From Ophelia neglecta (Eukaryota), in NCBI GenBank assembly GCA_965285935.1, contig OZ260667.1:25978001-26042000 (forward strand): a stretch of 64,000 bases of DNA, given 5' to 3'. This document shows positions 22,501-33,700 of the stretch, piece after piece. The notes beneath the pieces were generated by a model. The model ran no database searches. It was not told the origin of the DNA and saw nothing but the letters and a program-made list of their open reading frames with translations. Position numbers and translations under genes: made by a program. Each line of letters opens with the position of its first letter. Within the stretch, counting starts at the first letter, position 1.

Positions 22501-23847
22501 ACACCGACATGCACAAGTATAAATATATCTGTACCAGTGCTCATTCAAAGGAGCAACCGAAATTAAAGCTCGATGAAGTAGCTCTTACAATTTACGGCAA
22601 CCATTATGAGGCTGGATGCGAACCTGTTTCCATGGTGAACACAATTCTGAAGAATTCATTGCCTCTTAACTCGTCGAACGTCATTTCGCTGGACATAACG
22701 GTATGTTAGAGCTGTTCTATGGTTCAAGGGTTTATAAAAAGAGAAATGAAGTATTGCTACTTCTATCTTACCTTAGGAATACGTAAAAGATAGAAAAAGA
22801 ACGCAATTTAAACTTGGTATGAATGGTAATAGCATAACTAAGCATTATTGTGTCTTTCAAGGGTAGGTTCATGGTTGTGCATTGTAAATGACTGCCATTA
22901 CCACTGCCCAAGTGGCGTATTATATTCTGTTGTTCGCAAGTCAGAATTCGTTTATCGTTATGATAGTCAATAAGGAAATGTTAACCATAAGTCACGACTT
23001 CAAAGGCAAAATAGAGAATGATTTGGTGAATTCTGCAATAAAGGCCTTGCACTTATGTCAATTGGGTCAATTGCAACCTGAATTGTTACTGCATGTAGGA
23101 CTATTACAAGCCTGAAGAACATCTTTTTTTGTCGTAAACTGGCAAATAAAAATTGTAAAGGCGTCTATTCGGTGCTGGTTCCATAAAAGAGAAAAACTGC
23201 CGCATTAAGACACTCTTTGTTCAGCTTTTTCTAAAGTGCCATTTCGAAGTCCTCCCCCGCCTCGATTGATAGACTTTTATGTAAATTTCTATTTTATTAC
23301 TATACTATGACATTCTGACTTCAAACAATGACTCAGATTAGGTTTTTACTACAGTGACTGATTAATACTTTAAGGCGGAATATGACATTCTGACTTCAAA
23401 CAGTTCCTCAGATGCAAGATTGTTTACTCCATTTCAATCATTTCGTATCCCGGGCAACCGAGAATGGGTCTAATTAAGGTCCCTTTTCAATTACAGACTC
23501 AGGCAACTATACTTTTTGCATTGTAACTTCGTCTGATCTAAGACACTCAGTACCATTCCGACATCATTGCAATAAACACAGACTAGTCAGAAAATGGCCA
23601 TAATGTATACCAACCAAACTATGGGCAGGAGATTATTATTTTCTTCTCATTAAAATTCACGAGTTCCTCTTTTAACTATACATGAAGAAGTATACACTAA
23701 CCTCGGGTTCGATAAAGGCATCCCATCGGTGGTATAAATATCGAGGGAGTAGGTCTCTAAACGAGATTTTGAAAAGTGTAAGAGGCACTTACCCATTAGG
23801 TTGACGAGACCCAGAAGAGCCATTACAAACCCGCCGCGCCGAGACAT
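3875..23847 (-). CDS. Paralog 1: spliced gene for a type I membrane receptor (signal peptide + SUEL-type lectin + CUB-like + Sushi/CCP-like + TM + Tyr-motif tail), ~561 aa; complement(join(3875..4541,4815..4902,5888..5965,6944..7099,7383..7571,8264..8431,8552..8733,8945..9047,23793..23847))
   Basis: Nine exons with GT/AG boundaries join into one open frame (1686 nt including stop). Intron phases are 1,2,1,1,1,1,1,2. Every exon has a same-phase counterpart in paralog 2. Domains were called from Cys/motif patterns, not HMM searches. Confidence 0.88.
4815..4902 (-). CDS. Paralog 1 exon 8: transmembrane helix (GMSIVIIFGVALLIVVYMAIMVLCVLFIRR)
   Basis: ctccag acceptor, AG|gtaaat donor, 88 nt. Long hydrophobic run followed by basic stop-transfer residues. 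Confidence 0.92.
5888..5965 (-). CDS. Paralog 1 exon 7: juxtamembrane stalk (VAEKTLEDDTPEIFRDVPGGVQIPTF)
   Basis: Strong tttctttttcag acceptor, weaker G|gtacat donor, phase 1-1, open frame. Positional counterpart is 45907..45975. Confidence 0.65.
6944..7099 (-). CDS. Paralog 1 exon 6: Sushi/CCP-like module (GCPVIPLPHGTY...ITCN...LRCRNNEWIGDLKNC)
   Basis: tcacag acceptor, G|gtgagt donor, 156 nt. Four Cys plus Trp in CP..P..G / C / C...W / C spacing. Absent from the ORF track. Confidence 0.88.
7383..7571 (-). CDS. Paralog 1 exon 5: C-half of CUB-like domain (FCQQYAIIEEPRIGNSITVCGG...FLIKYQ)
   Basis: ttgcag acceptor, G|gtatgt donor. C..Y..I, CG and FxxxY CUB-like pattern. 22 consecutive residues identical to paralog 2. 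Confidence 0.9.
7768..8164. mobile_element. Probable non-autonomous DNA transposon relic with a TTAA-flanked end in paralog 1 intron 4
   Basis: GGTATGCTCC (7768 and 7884) is the inverted repeat of GGAGCATACC (8151..8160), which is followed by TTAA. This intron is 692 bp versus 139 bp in paralog 2. Confidence 0.45.
8264..8431 (-). CDS. Paralog 1 exon 4: N-half of CUB-like domain (GYISS...CVYEFSFPPGQKINITMIDFSL)
   Basis: ttccag acceptor, G|gtaagt donor, 168 nt. GxIxS / C-x-Y / PGQxIxLxxxDF CUB-like pattern. Confidence 0.9.
8552..8733 (-). CDS. Paralog 1 exon 3: C-half of SUEL lectin domain (CVTRNYG...CSGRQRC...PCPLDFSSYLEADYSCVK)
   Basis: 182 nt. CxGRxxC and PC...YLxxxYxC SUEL pattern. 53/60 aa identical to paralog 2. 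Confidence 0.92.
8945..9047 (-). CDS. Paralog 1 exon 2: N-half of SUEL lectin domain (ACNEYCVTESFSAGCDGGQVIVMEHARFGRIALGR)
   Basis: cttacag acceptor, AG|gtaggt donor, 103 nt as in paralog 2. ARFGR corresponds to the SUEL A(N/x)YGR motif. Confidence 0.9.
10418..10604. mobile_element. Degenerate MITE in paralog 1 intron 1
   Basis: TACTGTAAATCCCTTATATTTCGCG at the left and CACGAAAATAATGGGTTTTTACA at the right form imperfect TIRs. Internal TTTCGCG/CGCGAAA subrepeats. Confidence 0.6.
14170..14512. repeat. 45-bp minisatellite (~7 units, decaying at the ends)
   Basis: GAATCTGCTACCTCGTACTG and variants recur at 14221, 14266, 14311, 14356, ~14400 and ~14474. The minus strand reads (EESENGQYEVADSNK)n. 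Confidence 0.9.
20417..20675. repeat. Minisatellite with 30/42-bp units (core AGACATGYCTGACAGATAAYAGGAAT)
   Basis: Core starts at 20417, 20447, 20489, 20531, 20561, 20603, 20633 and 20660. Confidence 0.9.
21037..21232. repeat. Degenerate ~40-bp minisatellite (~5 units)
   Basis: Recurrent CCCT(A/G)TTTCAGG..ACCC(C)TTGTACACCCACAA(A)GGAGG-like unit. Confidence 0.8.
23793..23847 (-). CDS. Paralog 1 coding exon 1: signal peptide MSRRGGFVMALLGLVNLM
   Basis: AAAATG start and perfect G|GTAAGT donor in phase 1, matching the exon 2 acceptor. ALLGL core is shared with paralog 2 exon 1. An in-frame upstream ATG at 23880 is an alternative start. Confidence 0.8.
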
Positions 23848-24322
23848 TTTCAACGGAAATCCAACTTGACCACCAGACATAAACTACTGCCTCTGAGTAG
23901 AATAGTTCACATGGTGTGCTGAAGGAAAGGCACTGACTATGTAGATTGTTTAGTTATCACAGCACAACGATCATATTAAACAGATTCCAGGTTTTTTCAG
24001 GCGAGTTCCCGTTAAAACGTACAATAAGATTACTAAACTATGATCGTAGTCACTCCATTCTCATCCCTTCCACTGAAGCTTTAAAAGTAGAAACACAAAG
24101 CAAATTGAAACATTTGCCTGGTCAATCAATGATACTCTTCGAATTAGGCAGACCAGACCAAAATAAGTCGCTTTTCGATGAAGTCTAGTGGAGGGGGTTA
24201 ATTCCACCTGCCCTTAAGAAGGATAGTCTTAGGTGTTTGGGGGTCACGTAGCCGGCGGTGAATGTTATAAGTGATTTAGTATTATTGTTCCTCAGAAGGC
24301 TGGCTTCTGTCGGTATAGCCGG

Positions 24323-24351
24323 CTGACGGACACTAATTTGATAGAGCCAGT
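24323..24351 (-). promoter_or_regulatory. Conserved non-coding block B upstream of paralog 1 (candidate core promoter/TSS)
   Basis: 27/29 identity to 61286..61314, in the same order relative to block A and exon 1. Confidence 0.7.
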
Positions 24352-24467
24352 AACGTGCCGTGACTTTACCGGGCGGTGCCACAGGCGGTCGCACGCTAGG
24401 CTCCACAGTCCCACAGCATCCCCACGCTAGTCTGAGCTGTACTACGCTTTTCCCTTACAGAGCTATT

Positions 24468-24545
24468 CCAATTGATTTTCATTATCCACGTTTAGTTAAT
24501 ATGAGCAAGTGTGAAGACGTAAATGGTAAACGAAATTAGATCGAT
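24468..24545 (-). promoter_or_regulatory. Conserved non-coding block A upstream of paralog 1 (candidate proximal promoter)
   Basis: 64/78 ungapped identity to 61399..61476, including 21 identical bases CCAATTGATTTTCATTATCCA. Confidence 0.75.
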
Positions 24546-27500
24546 GTCTACAGACGTTGAATTAAATGTGCTCATAGCATAGCCGTAAGTAGGTTGACAT
24601 TTGAAGGGAAGGCTACTTGGCAAGCAACAGGCGAGCAGATGGTTAATATAATAATTTAAAGAAATAGGACGCCGCGATTCAATCAAGAGTGCACTTAAAC
24701 AGTTAAATGCAAGTCGTATTCAAGATTGGTAGTACCGGATTCAGGGAGCTTCTGTGGAGGGCAGCTGAATATCGCTGAATGTGTTCGAGCTAGTTGAACA
24801 GGAAGTGTCACCGGAAGATGGGAAAAAGTAATGCGCGCCAACAGCTGAGTTGCTTTCCTACACATTGAAGGTTAAATGAGGCTCTTAGACCGGAAGGTCG
24901 TGCAAGGACTACTTAATTCTTATGGCCGTTTTAAAAATATAATGGATAATTGACCAATAGTTCTTTTGTAAGTAACATATACAATAAAATACTAAAATAG
25001 CTCCTTAATGGGCTAATAATTTTTTCACCTACTGAACCTTGCACTAAAGGTTGATAGCTGCCCAATTGAGATGCAAGAACTGTCAGATATAATTATATGA
25101 ATGACTGAGGGTATGAGAGACTTCCAGCTGAATGGTTGTCCAATATACATGTTGGTACTGGGGATATTTTCTTGCCTTATCAACAAACTGTAGCAGATAC
25201 ATTCCCCAATTTTCTAACGTTAACTTTTTTTGATTGGGATAAAAATGTTTGGTTTTGCTCTTTCAATTGAAAATCATTAATTTTTCATTGTTTATATCCG
25301 TTATCGTGCACAGACGCTTAAAACTGACGTTTATAATTAGTAAATACAACTTTTTGATTTGCAATTTCGTTTAGAAAGCTCTTACTTTTATTCTCCTCTC
25401 AGGCTCGGTGATTATTTTCAGGACAAAATTGGAAACGACAAAGCCATAATGATTTATAACTATAACCGGGAACACACAAAAGCTTGTAATTACATAGACT
25501 ATTACCAGGTACCATCATCGCCTTTCGTGATGGGTAATCTTACATTAGTGTGCAATCCGTGTTCCGGTCTGCGTATTTTAATCAAGATCAGGTGTCAGCA
25601 GCGCAAAGACCATTGCAAGGATAATTATAAACGGTCGACAGTATGGTCGACAAAGCGGCTTTGACAATTAGTTTGAGAGATTTATGGGCTGCATGGGGAC
25701 GTTATGTTTGGTGGATTGGGCGAGCGAAGACCTGTAACTTTCTGCTCGTTTAGTATGGAATCAGACAGTCTGCTGGTTTACAGCTGAAGTAGTTCCTAGG
25801 AAAATGACCTGAGCATGGATTGCCAGCAAGATTTGATGCAATGTGTTTAAGAATAACATCTATTTTACGTTATTCTGCTGAACAGATTATGCATTGGTAA
25901 TTTCAAACCGCTGCCAGATAAAATAAAAATGTTTTGTTTCCCACTCGGCAGCAGAAAATCCATTCCAATCCCACTGTGTCCCTTGGAGACAAATCATTTC
26001 GGCTGTAAACAGGATTTACACTTCACTAGTAATCTAATCGTCAATTTATCAAATCACATAGCTGTCATGATTAAGGAAATGGAAAGCGAAATGGTTTAAA
26101 CATGCTCTGACCTGCATTTGAAAGCTAAAGGGTTTCTTGATTGTCTTGAACTACCTGCATATTGGTAACCATTGTTTTAAATAAGCATGGTGGATACAAA
26201 ATTAACAGGAAGAGTCAATTACTTGAAGGCTTTTAGGAATATTTGGACCAACATCAACATTTACCCCGCGCAAAAAAAGGTAAAATGATCTCTTCAGTTA
26301 TTGCCGTTATGAATTAAACCAACAATTAATTCAAACGAGCGGCTATGCTATTAGAATCTGATTAAGAAACAAGTAATCCACCGGCATTCTACTTGCCTCT
26401 CGAGGAAATACACCCGTATTAATTGTATCATGTTGATTCAATAGCATAAATTGGTTAAGAACAACACAATGGGGAGGGGTTAAAGCATTAGATAGGCTTG
26501 CTCCAAAATGAGATTCTGATCTCAATGTGTCACAGATGCTGAAGCGCTTAAGACCCAGGTCATCTATTGGGCTGCTAATTGGCCCATCACAAGGTGCTGT
26601 GAGGAAAAACCTGAACAGCAAATACATTTACTGACATCTTTTATGGCGATACGTATAACTTGTATTGGTAGCAATGGATTCTACTGATGTTCATGTATAT
26701 ATATATATATTTAAAAGGCAGTGTTAGATCAGCGTCCATAAACTTAACCTCTCAATACATCTTATATATAAGCTCTGTAGCTACAGCTGGGTTGGCATAA
26801 AAAGGCACAAGCCAATACGTTTGGCGACCCTCAAATGCTAAATATGACCTCCTGTCGATACGCAATTTTTTTTTCTCCCCACAAAACTTTACTTTTTGGG
26901 AGTAGGCCCTATACGTTTATTTTTACACTTTTGCACTGGTCCGCACTAAAAGACCTTCTTAAAGGTAATCAGCATAATACGACACGAACTATATTGCTCA
27001 AAGAACTTACTATCCAATTTGCGTGTGGTAAGAACATAGCACGACCAGATAATCACGCCACGAACCTGCAGATTTTCAATGCGTTGTCTAATTTGCTGGA
27101 AGCTTGTTTTGTAACAACCCGGAATTCAATAAATCTGTTCGTACGCATAACAAATAGGTTTGACACCTTGAGAGCTTCACACATTCCCTGATTATTGTCG
27201 GTGAAAAAATGTCGATGTCTCCCAGAGGAATGTCCGAAAAAGTGAGGTTTCCTGAGTACGAAATATCTCTAGGTACAGGCCCCGGGGGATAGGCTGTCGA
27301 GAGGCTAGTAGATTGGAGCCACGGGTAAGCTTTATGAGTAACGTTAGCTCTCATAACTTGATATTATGAAACAATCAGAGCTGGACAGTTTAAAAGACCA
27401 CATCGAGCTCAGAGGTCCAATGAACAGTCGAAAGAAACAATCGTATTAGGCCTTCGGGTCCTCCCAAGGGGCCACTTTCTTGCACGAAAAATATTGGAGG

Positions 27501-30500
27501 TTAATTTAGGCAGTTGAGCGGTTCAGCCTGCGTATTAATTGTCCCTATATGTTAATGGAATGTACGTGAGTAGCCGCAATTTCCATTGCGTAGTCACTTT
27601 GTCCTGCCACCAGTAATATGACCGGAACCAGGTCTGTGTTCTGTGATAAGCAGCATTAAGATGGGTAATTTTCCCTCACAGGCAATCCAATGTCCTACCA
27701 ACGAAAAATAATAAGGTCTCTCGATTCGATACTGTACTGAGGGAGAAAGGCCTGCTAGTCTGTGAAATGTGTTAAAACACTGGGTTCTGAAAACTCCAGC
27801 CACGCCCCTGTCGCTTGCGTCCGTGAAGAAGTGCTTGAATTTATTACGATTTCATGAAGATTTATTGGTCCTCTCACTAACAACCATCACGGATACGCCG
27901 TACTCAAATGGTAGGTACACAATAACCTCCAACCAGGACCTATACATCATCATTCTTTCCTAAATCAATCAAATATCATACCCAATAAATGGAGTCGTAA
28001 CTAATAACATTAAATTGATATGCTTCATTAACAATTGACTTGATTTTTAAAAACCTTTGTATAGACTAATAAAAGTTAATATTACTGAATGTCGTTTTGG
28101 TCATAACTAGTATAATTAATTGATAGTCAATTAATCCCCCTTTTTTCTGTGTTTTCTTACCTGTTTACGTGTAGGCCTACAGCTATTCATTCATTCATGT
28201 TTCATTACCACATAACATTTACCATTTTGCCTTTTGTCGTGCAACGAAAGTTTGTTTTCTTGAAAACTAATATGGGTTAAACATATCGGATCAAGCGAGT
28301 CACAGAAAGGGCCCCTGTGTGTCATTTGTTCAAAGGTCTACCAAACAATTGAGTCCTTATGGCTCATACCGGTGTCCCCATTTGTTTATTTATGGCCCCG
28401 AAGGTACCCCTACACGTCAACCCCATGCCCCAGCTTAATATTTATAGGACGCGTCAAAGGCATTGTCATAAATTTCCATATTTACGAATTTAGAAAGGCT
28501 CAATCTCCAATTCATAGTCCTGCATATGTATTGTATATTTCCATTGTTTTCTTCCCTCTTTCGAAGCACAAACTTAATTGTTTTTTCATTGTGAAGATCA
28601 ATAATGTCTATTTCAGTGAATTTGGATAGGCACGGTTACATTTGATCTTCAAATATGGGTACCATAACAACAATCTCTGTACAATCCCTACTAAGCCATA
28701 TAACTAAACTAGCCCGAAAAGATCAAAGTAAAAAGTATAAATAGCAAGCTATCTTTTTGTTCATTTGTTTGTTTACTGCGACAACCTTTCTGTCCTTTCA
28801 GATCATTTGTAAATCCTCACTAACATGCAAATATGTATGGATTTTAAAAGTGCTACCTTTTGTTCTAAGAAATGAGTGCGTGAAATTGCACAAGTTTCCG
28901 TTATTCATTTTTTTAATTTTGAAAGCCGTAGGGGTCATGATTCTAGTAGGGTCTTATTGGTTAATACTCTTTTGATATTATGATATCAGTTGGCTAATTT
29001 ACCCCGCCCCCTAAATATCACCAAAACTCGTTCGTTTATCGTTTGTCTAGTATCATGTCAAGTGATGAAGTAGCATGGGTTAGCAGGCTTTGATTATATC
29101 TGCATGTCTCAGATATGCCCCAGATAACAAAGGACACAACCCAAGATGCCACTTGGAAATGTATATATAGACCATAGACCATTAAGTGTCTCTTAATCTA
29201 GTCACAATTCTGATGACACAAGAGAATACTTGTAGTTATTTCTTTGGTGCGTTCAAATCCTGTCACCCTGGCATAATGAAAGCATAATCAATATGAATGT
29301 GTTTTATCATAGTTAATGGCTCACTTGATGAGACATCGGACGAGGAGTAGGGAAAACTAAAGCCCTATTGATATGAATTGAATTCTGGCCACTTAAACAG
29401 GCAGATTTTGAAATTCTAATAGAGAAGAGAGCAGGCTTAACAGTTTAAGCAGTGTTCGTTTGAGAAGCAGGTGGAGGGATTCCACCAAGGTTTTGACTCG
29501 GCTTAGTTAAACATGGATTTAAATCTGAGGTTTAATGATGTACCTGTTAAGTTACGGCCTGTCTTGCTGATTTTTTAGATACATTCTTGATGGTGTGTCT
29601 TCACTCACTCATCGATATCATTAGTATAGGTATTAGTTAATGAAATATTGATTTCCATAGAATATGCTATTCTAGCAGCGACTACAGAGAACAAGTTGAA
29701 GCGCACGAAAAGGCAGGCACAACTGAATCAAATCACACCATTGCAAGAAATACGAACATTACACAAACAGTTTTAAACACATGGAATTAAAAGAAAAAAA
29801 TGCATTGCACTTGGAATATAATTCAATTAATGAATAAAACAATAAACTTAAATCCTAATCAGATGCTATGTAACTGTAAAGGACCTCGCCCCTATTGCAA
29901 CACAGCTACCCGAATACATCCACGCAGCCGTGTTTGTAAGAACAATCTGAAAGTGTCTAAAAAGATTACTCCAATTAGTAACTACCAAGATAAACAAATA
30001 TAATGACGCGTTGTCCTCTTTAGGTCTTTTCTTCTGGCTTTTTTTGTCAATACTCTGGTAAAAATCGGGATATCTTTCTGCCGTAAACAATTCCTATCAC
30101 ACTCCTGGCGGCGCCTGTTTACCATGCCCTCCCCTAGCTAATCACAATGAGTCAAACCGAGCAGGTTTATTAGGGCAGGGATGAACTCCCTGGCGGCATG
30201 GCAGGGATACCGTCCATCTAATGAAATCCGGTTCCTGCGTTTTACTCATAACAAGTTTCAGGTCATTTCGTTAAACTTAGGGAAATACTTTAGGTAAGGT
30301 CATTAATGTCATGTTTACTGCGGCGGCAGAGTCTTTTGTCACAATCGTAATTGAGTTATGACGTTTTGAGTAAAGGCATCCAGCCTTGAATCAGTATTTG
30401 GAATATCCATAAAATTAGATTAATTTACGTGGTCCGCCTCTACGCCAATTAATTTTAAGAGAGGGGTTAAATTTGGCTGAGCTACATATCAAAGGGAAAT

Positions 30501-30616
30501 ACAGACCCACTAACACTAGCAGAACTTGTTTAATAGTTAACGTATCATAGGTACGTAACTTTTAAAATCTATTTAGCTGAAACCAGATTGTCTAGATAAT
30601 TGATTTCTTAAGATAA

Positions 30617-30798
30617 TACAGTGAAACATGTGAAATGAGACCACCTGAGGGACTAGAAGATACTGGTCTCATTATGGGGATGGTCTGTTTAGACAGGTTA
30701 TTTTACATTGAAAGCATACAGTGTGGTTTGCATAACATTGGTGTGAATTGACAGGTGGTCTTTATATAGTGTTTGTCTTTAAGGCAGGTTTCACTGTA
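30617..30798. mobile_element. MITE, Tc1/mariner-pogo type (TA target duplication)
   Basis: TA-CAGTGAAACATG ... CAGGTTTCACTG-TA: 11/12 TIR match flanked by TA, 182 bp, non-coding. Confidence 0.8.
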
Positions 30799-33700
30799 TT
30801 TATAAGACATGGCAAGAAAGCGTTCGCCGATTGGCAATATAGGTTAAAATGCATTCAACCACAAACAACGAGGACAGCATTTCATTCAAATATCACGAGA
30901 TTTCTATTGAATTTAACCTCTAAAACCAACCAACATTTTCATATTTATTTCAAAACAAAGGATCGCGCTGTCATTAAAGCTCACTATAGTTGAGGTGCTG
31001 TGTTTAAACGAAATGTTCTACATGTATGTTTTCTTGTACTGACCGACCATCTCAATACCCCCATCATCAGATTATTTTATTTGATTTCATGTTTTTAAAG
31101 TGAAAGAGAACATTATTAGTCTCTCGGTCAATTCTGAGAAGTTTAAACTAGAATAGATGTCTTAAAATATGTTCTGAAGAAACCGAGTGATACTAATTTG
31201 TAAAGTTATAAAGTTGTAAAGCATTAATTGGTTAATCGCCAGAAAACATAGAAGATAAAACCATTTAGACTGTTGAAGGAAACCGCCACAAGTCATTCTT
31301 TAAAACGTCTGATTTAAGGTCACAGTCATCGGACAGACATCCGGTCACCTTTGGATACTAAAACAAAAATAATGAATAACTACAACAAATATATTAATCT
31401 TCAAACTGGTAAAAACAAACTTGTAAGTATGATGTCCATGCAGCTTCGTGAATCCTAAAACGAATTTAAAACCATATCGATGTTTTGTTTAGCTGATAAA
31501 CACAAGGAGTCATTTGAATTGTATCGGCTGGCTTCTTCAACTGGTCTCCCCTACAGTACCAAAGATCCACTGATCAACCCTATTGTTAAGACCATCAATT
31601 CAATCTTGAGGACTGACTTCCGGTAATTTCCCGACATCAAGTCCGCTGAGCGATAAGGAGCGCTGATCTCTGTGCAACATCTTTTGCCGGAAATTGTGAA
31701 TTGTCCCCTTCGTTAAAGCCATTTCAGGGGCAACTAGTCAACAGATGACATTTAACTTAGTATGTACCATAATGTGTATTGTTAAATATTTTAGACTAGC
31801 TATTGACCATGATGCCCGTGGACTCAGAAAACGCCTTGTACGTTGGGGAACAATGCCTAGCCAGTGATGGACAATACGAAGATTAGTTAAAATACCCCTG
31901 TATCAAGAAAACTACTCACTTTAACAAAACGAACTAACAAGGTGAGCTGCCAGAAATCAACCATTTCCTCTCATCAATTTAATCTGACGTTGAACTTAAA
32001 GATCCCGAGGGCTTGACGCTCATTATTTCAACAAGTGTGACCATTTTGACATTGTCTCCAGTGGTTTCCCTGACATGTTCACAAGTCCCACAGTTGGCAC
32101 ACTGGCAGGCGACAAGAACAGCTGGAGGTGTCCCCCCCCCCCCCCCCCAATGCAGTCAGCTTCTAGTGTATACACTAGAAGGCCTGGTGATAACACTGGC
32201 AAAATGCATCTAAGGAGGCTTTATACAATGGCTTTAATTTTGTCACACTGCTTTATGTTCCAATTTGCATGTAGGGAATCCCTGACTGATCAGGATGATT
32301 TTTTTCTATAAGATATTGTTATTTCGCTGCTGATGTTGCACCATACAGTTGATGTCTGTATATACATCCATGTTGGCAACGCAGTAGATGATTCTCCACG
32401 TAAGGGTGCAACCAGATTATTGGTTTCAATGAAAGACAACAAATTGCCTGCTCCTTCAGTTTCTGTCAGAAGGCAAACAATTTTCAGCACCTGCCATCGA
32501 TTGGACCAATACTCAATTGTCCCAGCCATGTTTGTCCAGGCTCGGAGAACGGATTGGTGCTCAAACCTAACATCAAATTTCACACCCTTTTCACCGCGTT
32601 AAAGTGGTAAATATTGACACAATAATTGGTTAGGTTCTAGATTGCTTACATTATAGACGCACTTTTGACTGAATTGTGCATGTCGTTGTGAAGTTTAACT
32701 ACAACTGAATGACGGATATTTGTATAATTGGATATAAAGTCTAAGCCCTCATTACATAGTTCGGACATCGCTACGTTCTCAACAATGTAGTTGAGTAAGT
32801 ATCAGCATAATGGCAGACTTTTATATTTCATTAAAAAGCGTGATGACGTTCATTTAAGGAGAAACTAAAACCTTAAACTGAAGAATGTTGTTAGATGATT
32901 TCCCCTCGGAATGATTTGCTATGTTTCCTGCGCCCATTGTGATACGACTGATGTTATTCAAGGGGGTGATACGATCGGCCTCCTTGCGGGAGACTGTCAT
33001 CTAAATCTTCCCATTGCAGTGAACCCCAGCTGTGATCTACATCGCTTGTCAACAAAGACCTCACTGTCCCACATCGACTGACATTTACCTGCTATTGTTA
33101 CCAAACCTGAAAGAAGGAACCACACTCTCCTCAGTGGTGAGAACACCAGCTAAAGTCACGTGAGATATATGCTAAATGTCCAAAAGTAAAATACATCGGA
33201 ACATTGAGCCTTCTTTGAAATTTCCCATTGTCAGCATAGCCGTCTTAAACGAAGACGAAAATATGTTTCTCAATGCCAAGAACCGATCATGTGGGAATCG
33301 GGTGGCTTATCAACTTGATACAACCTGCCCGCTTGCCTTGAAAGAATTTTCGAATGACACCACACCTAGTCATTGAATTCAATTTTACTCATTTTTTCAG
33401 TTTTGAACAGTAGAACTCAATACTTTTCGATACACAGCGCAGCTAGCCATGGAAATCTCTTTTGTTCAAGTTAAAACAATTCTACTGAACCGAGTTCTTA
33501 ATTAAGGGCAGTGTTCAAAGCTGTAAAAAGTGCGAGGCGTTGAAGGAATGTTTTCTTACAGTACATGCTTCTGGTTTTACATTTTTTTGCAAGGCTTTTT
33601 CGTGGCAATTCGTTTTGTTCAACAATGGGTTTGATGTTATGGCCTTGAATTCGAGACCTCCATGAGAGTGTCACGCAATATTTTCTTTTGTCACACCGCC

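Noticed and set aside
22772-22845. Alternative signal exon for paralog 1
   Set aside because: It has a good donor but the wrong phase (2) or an in-frame stop, and no similarity to paralog 2 exon 1.
3875-23847. Naming the genes eva-1/EVA1C or latrophilin
   Set aside because: There is only one SUEL domain plus CUB-like and CCP-like modules and a single TM. There is no second SUEL, GAIN or 7TM region, so orthology is unsupported.
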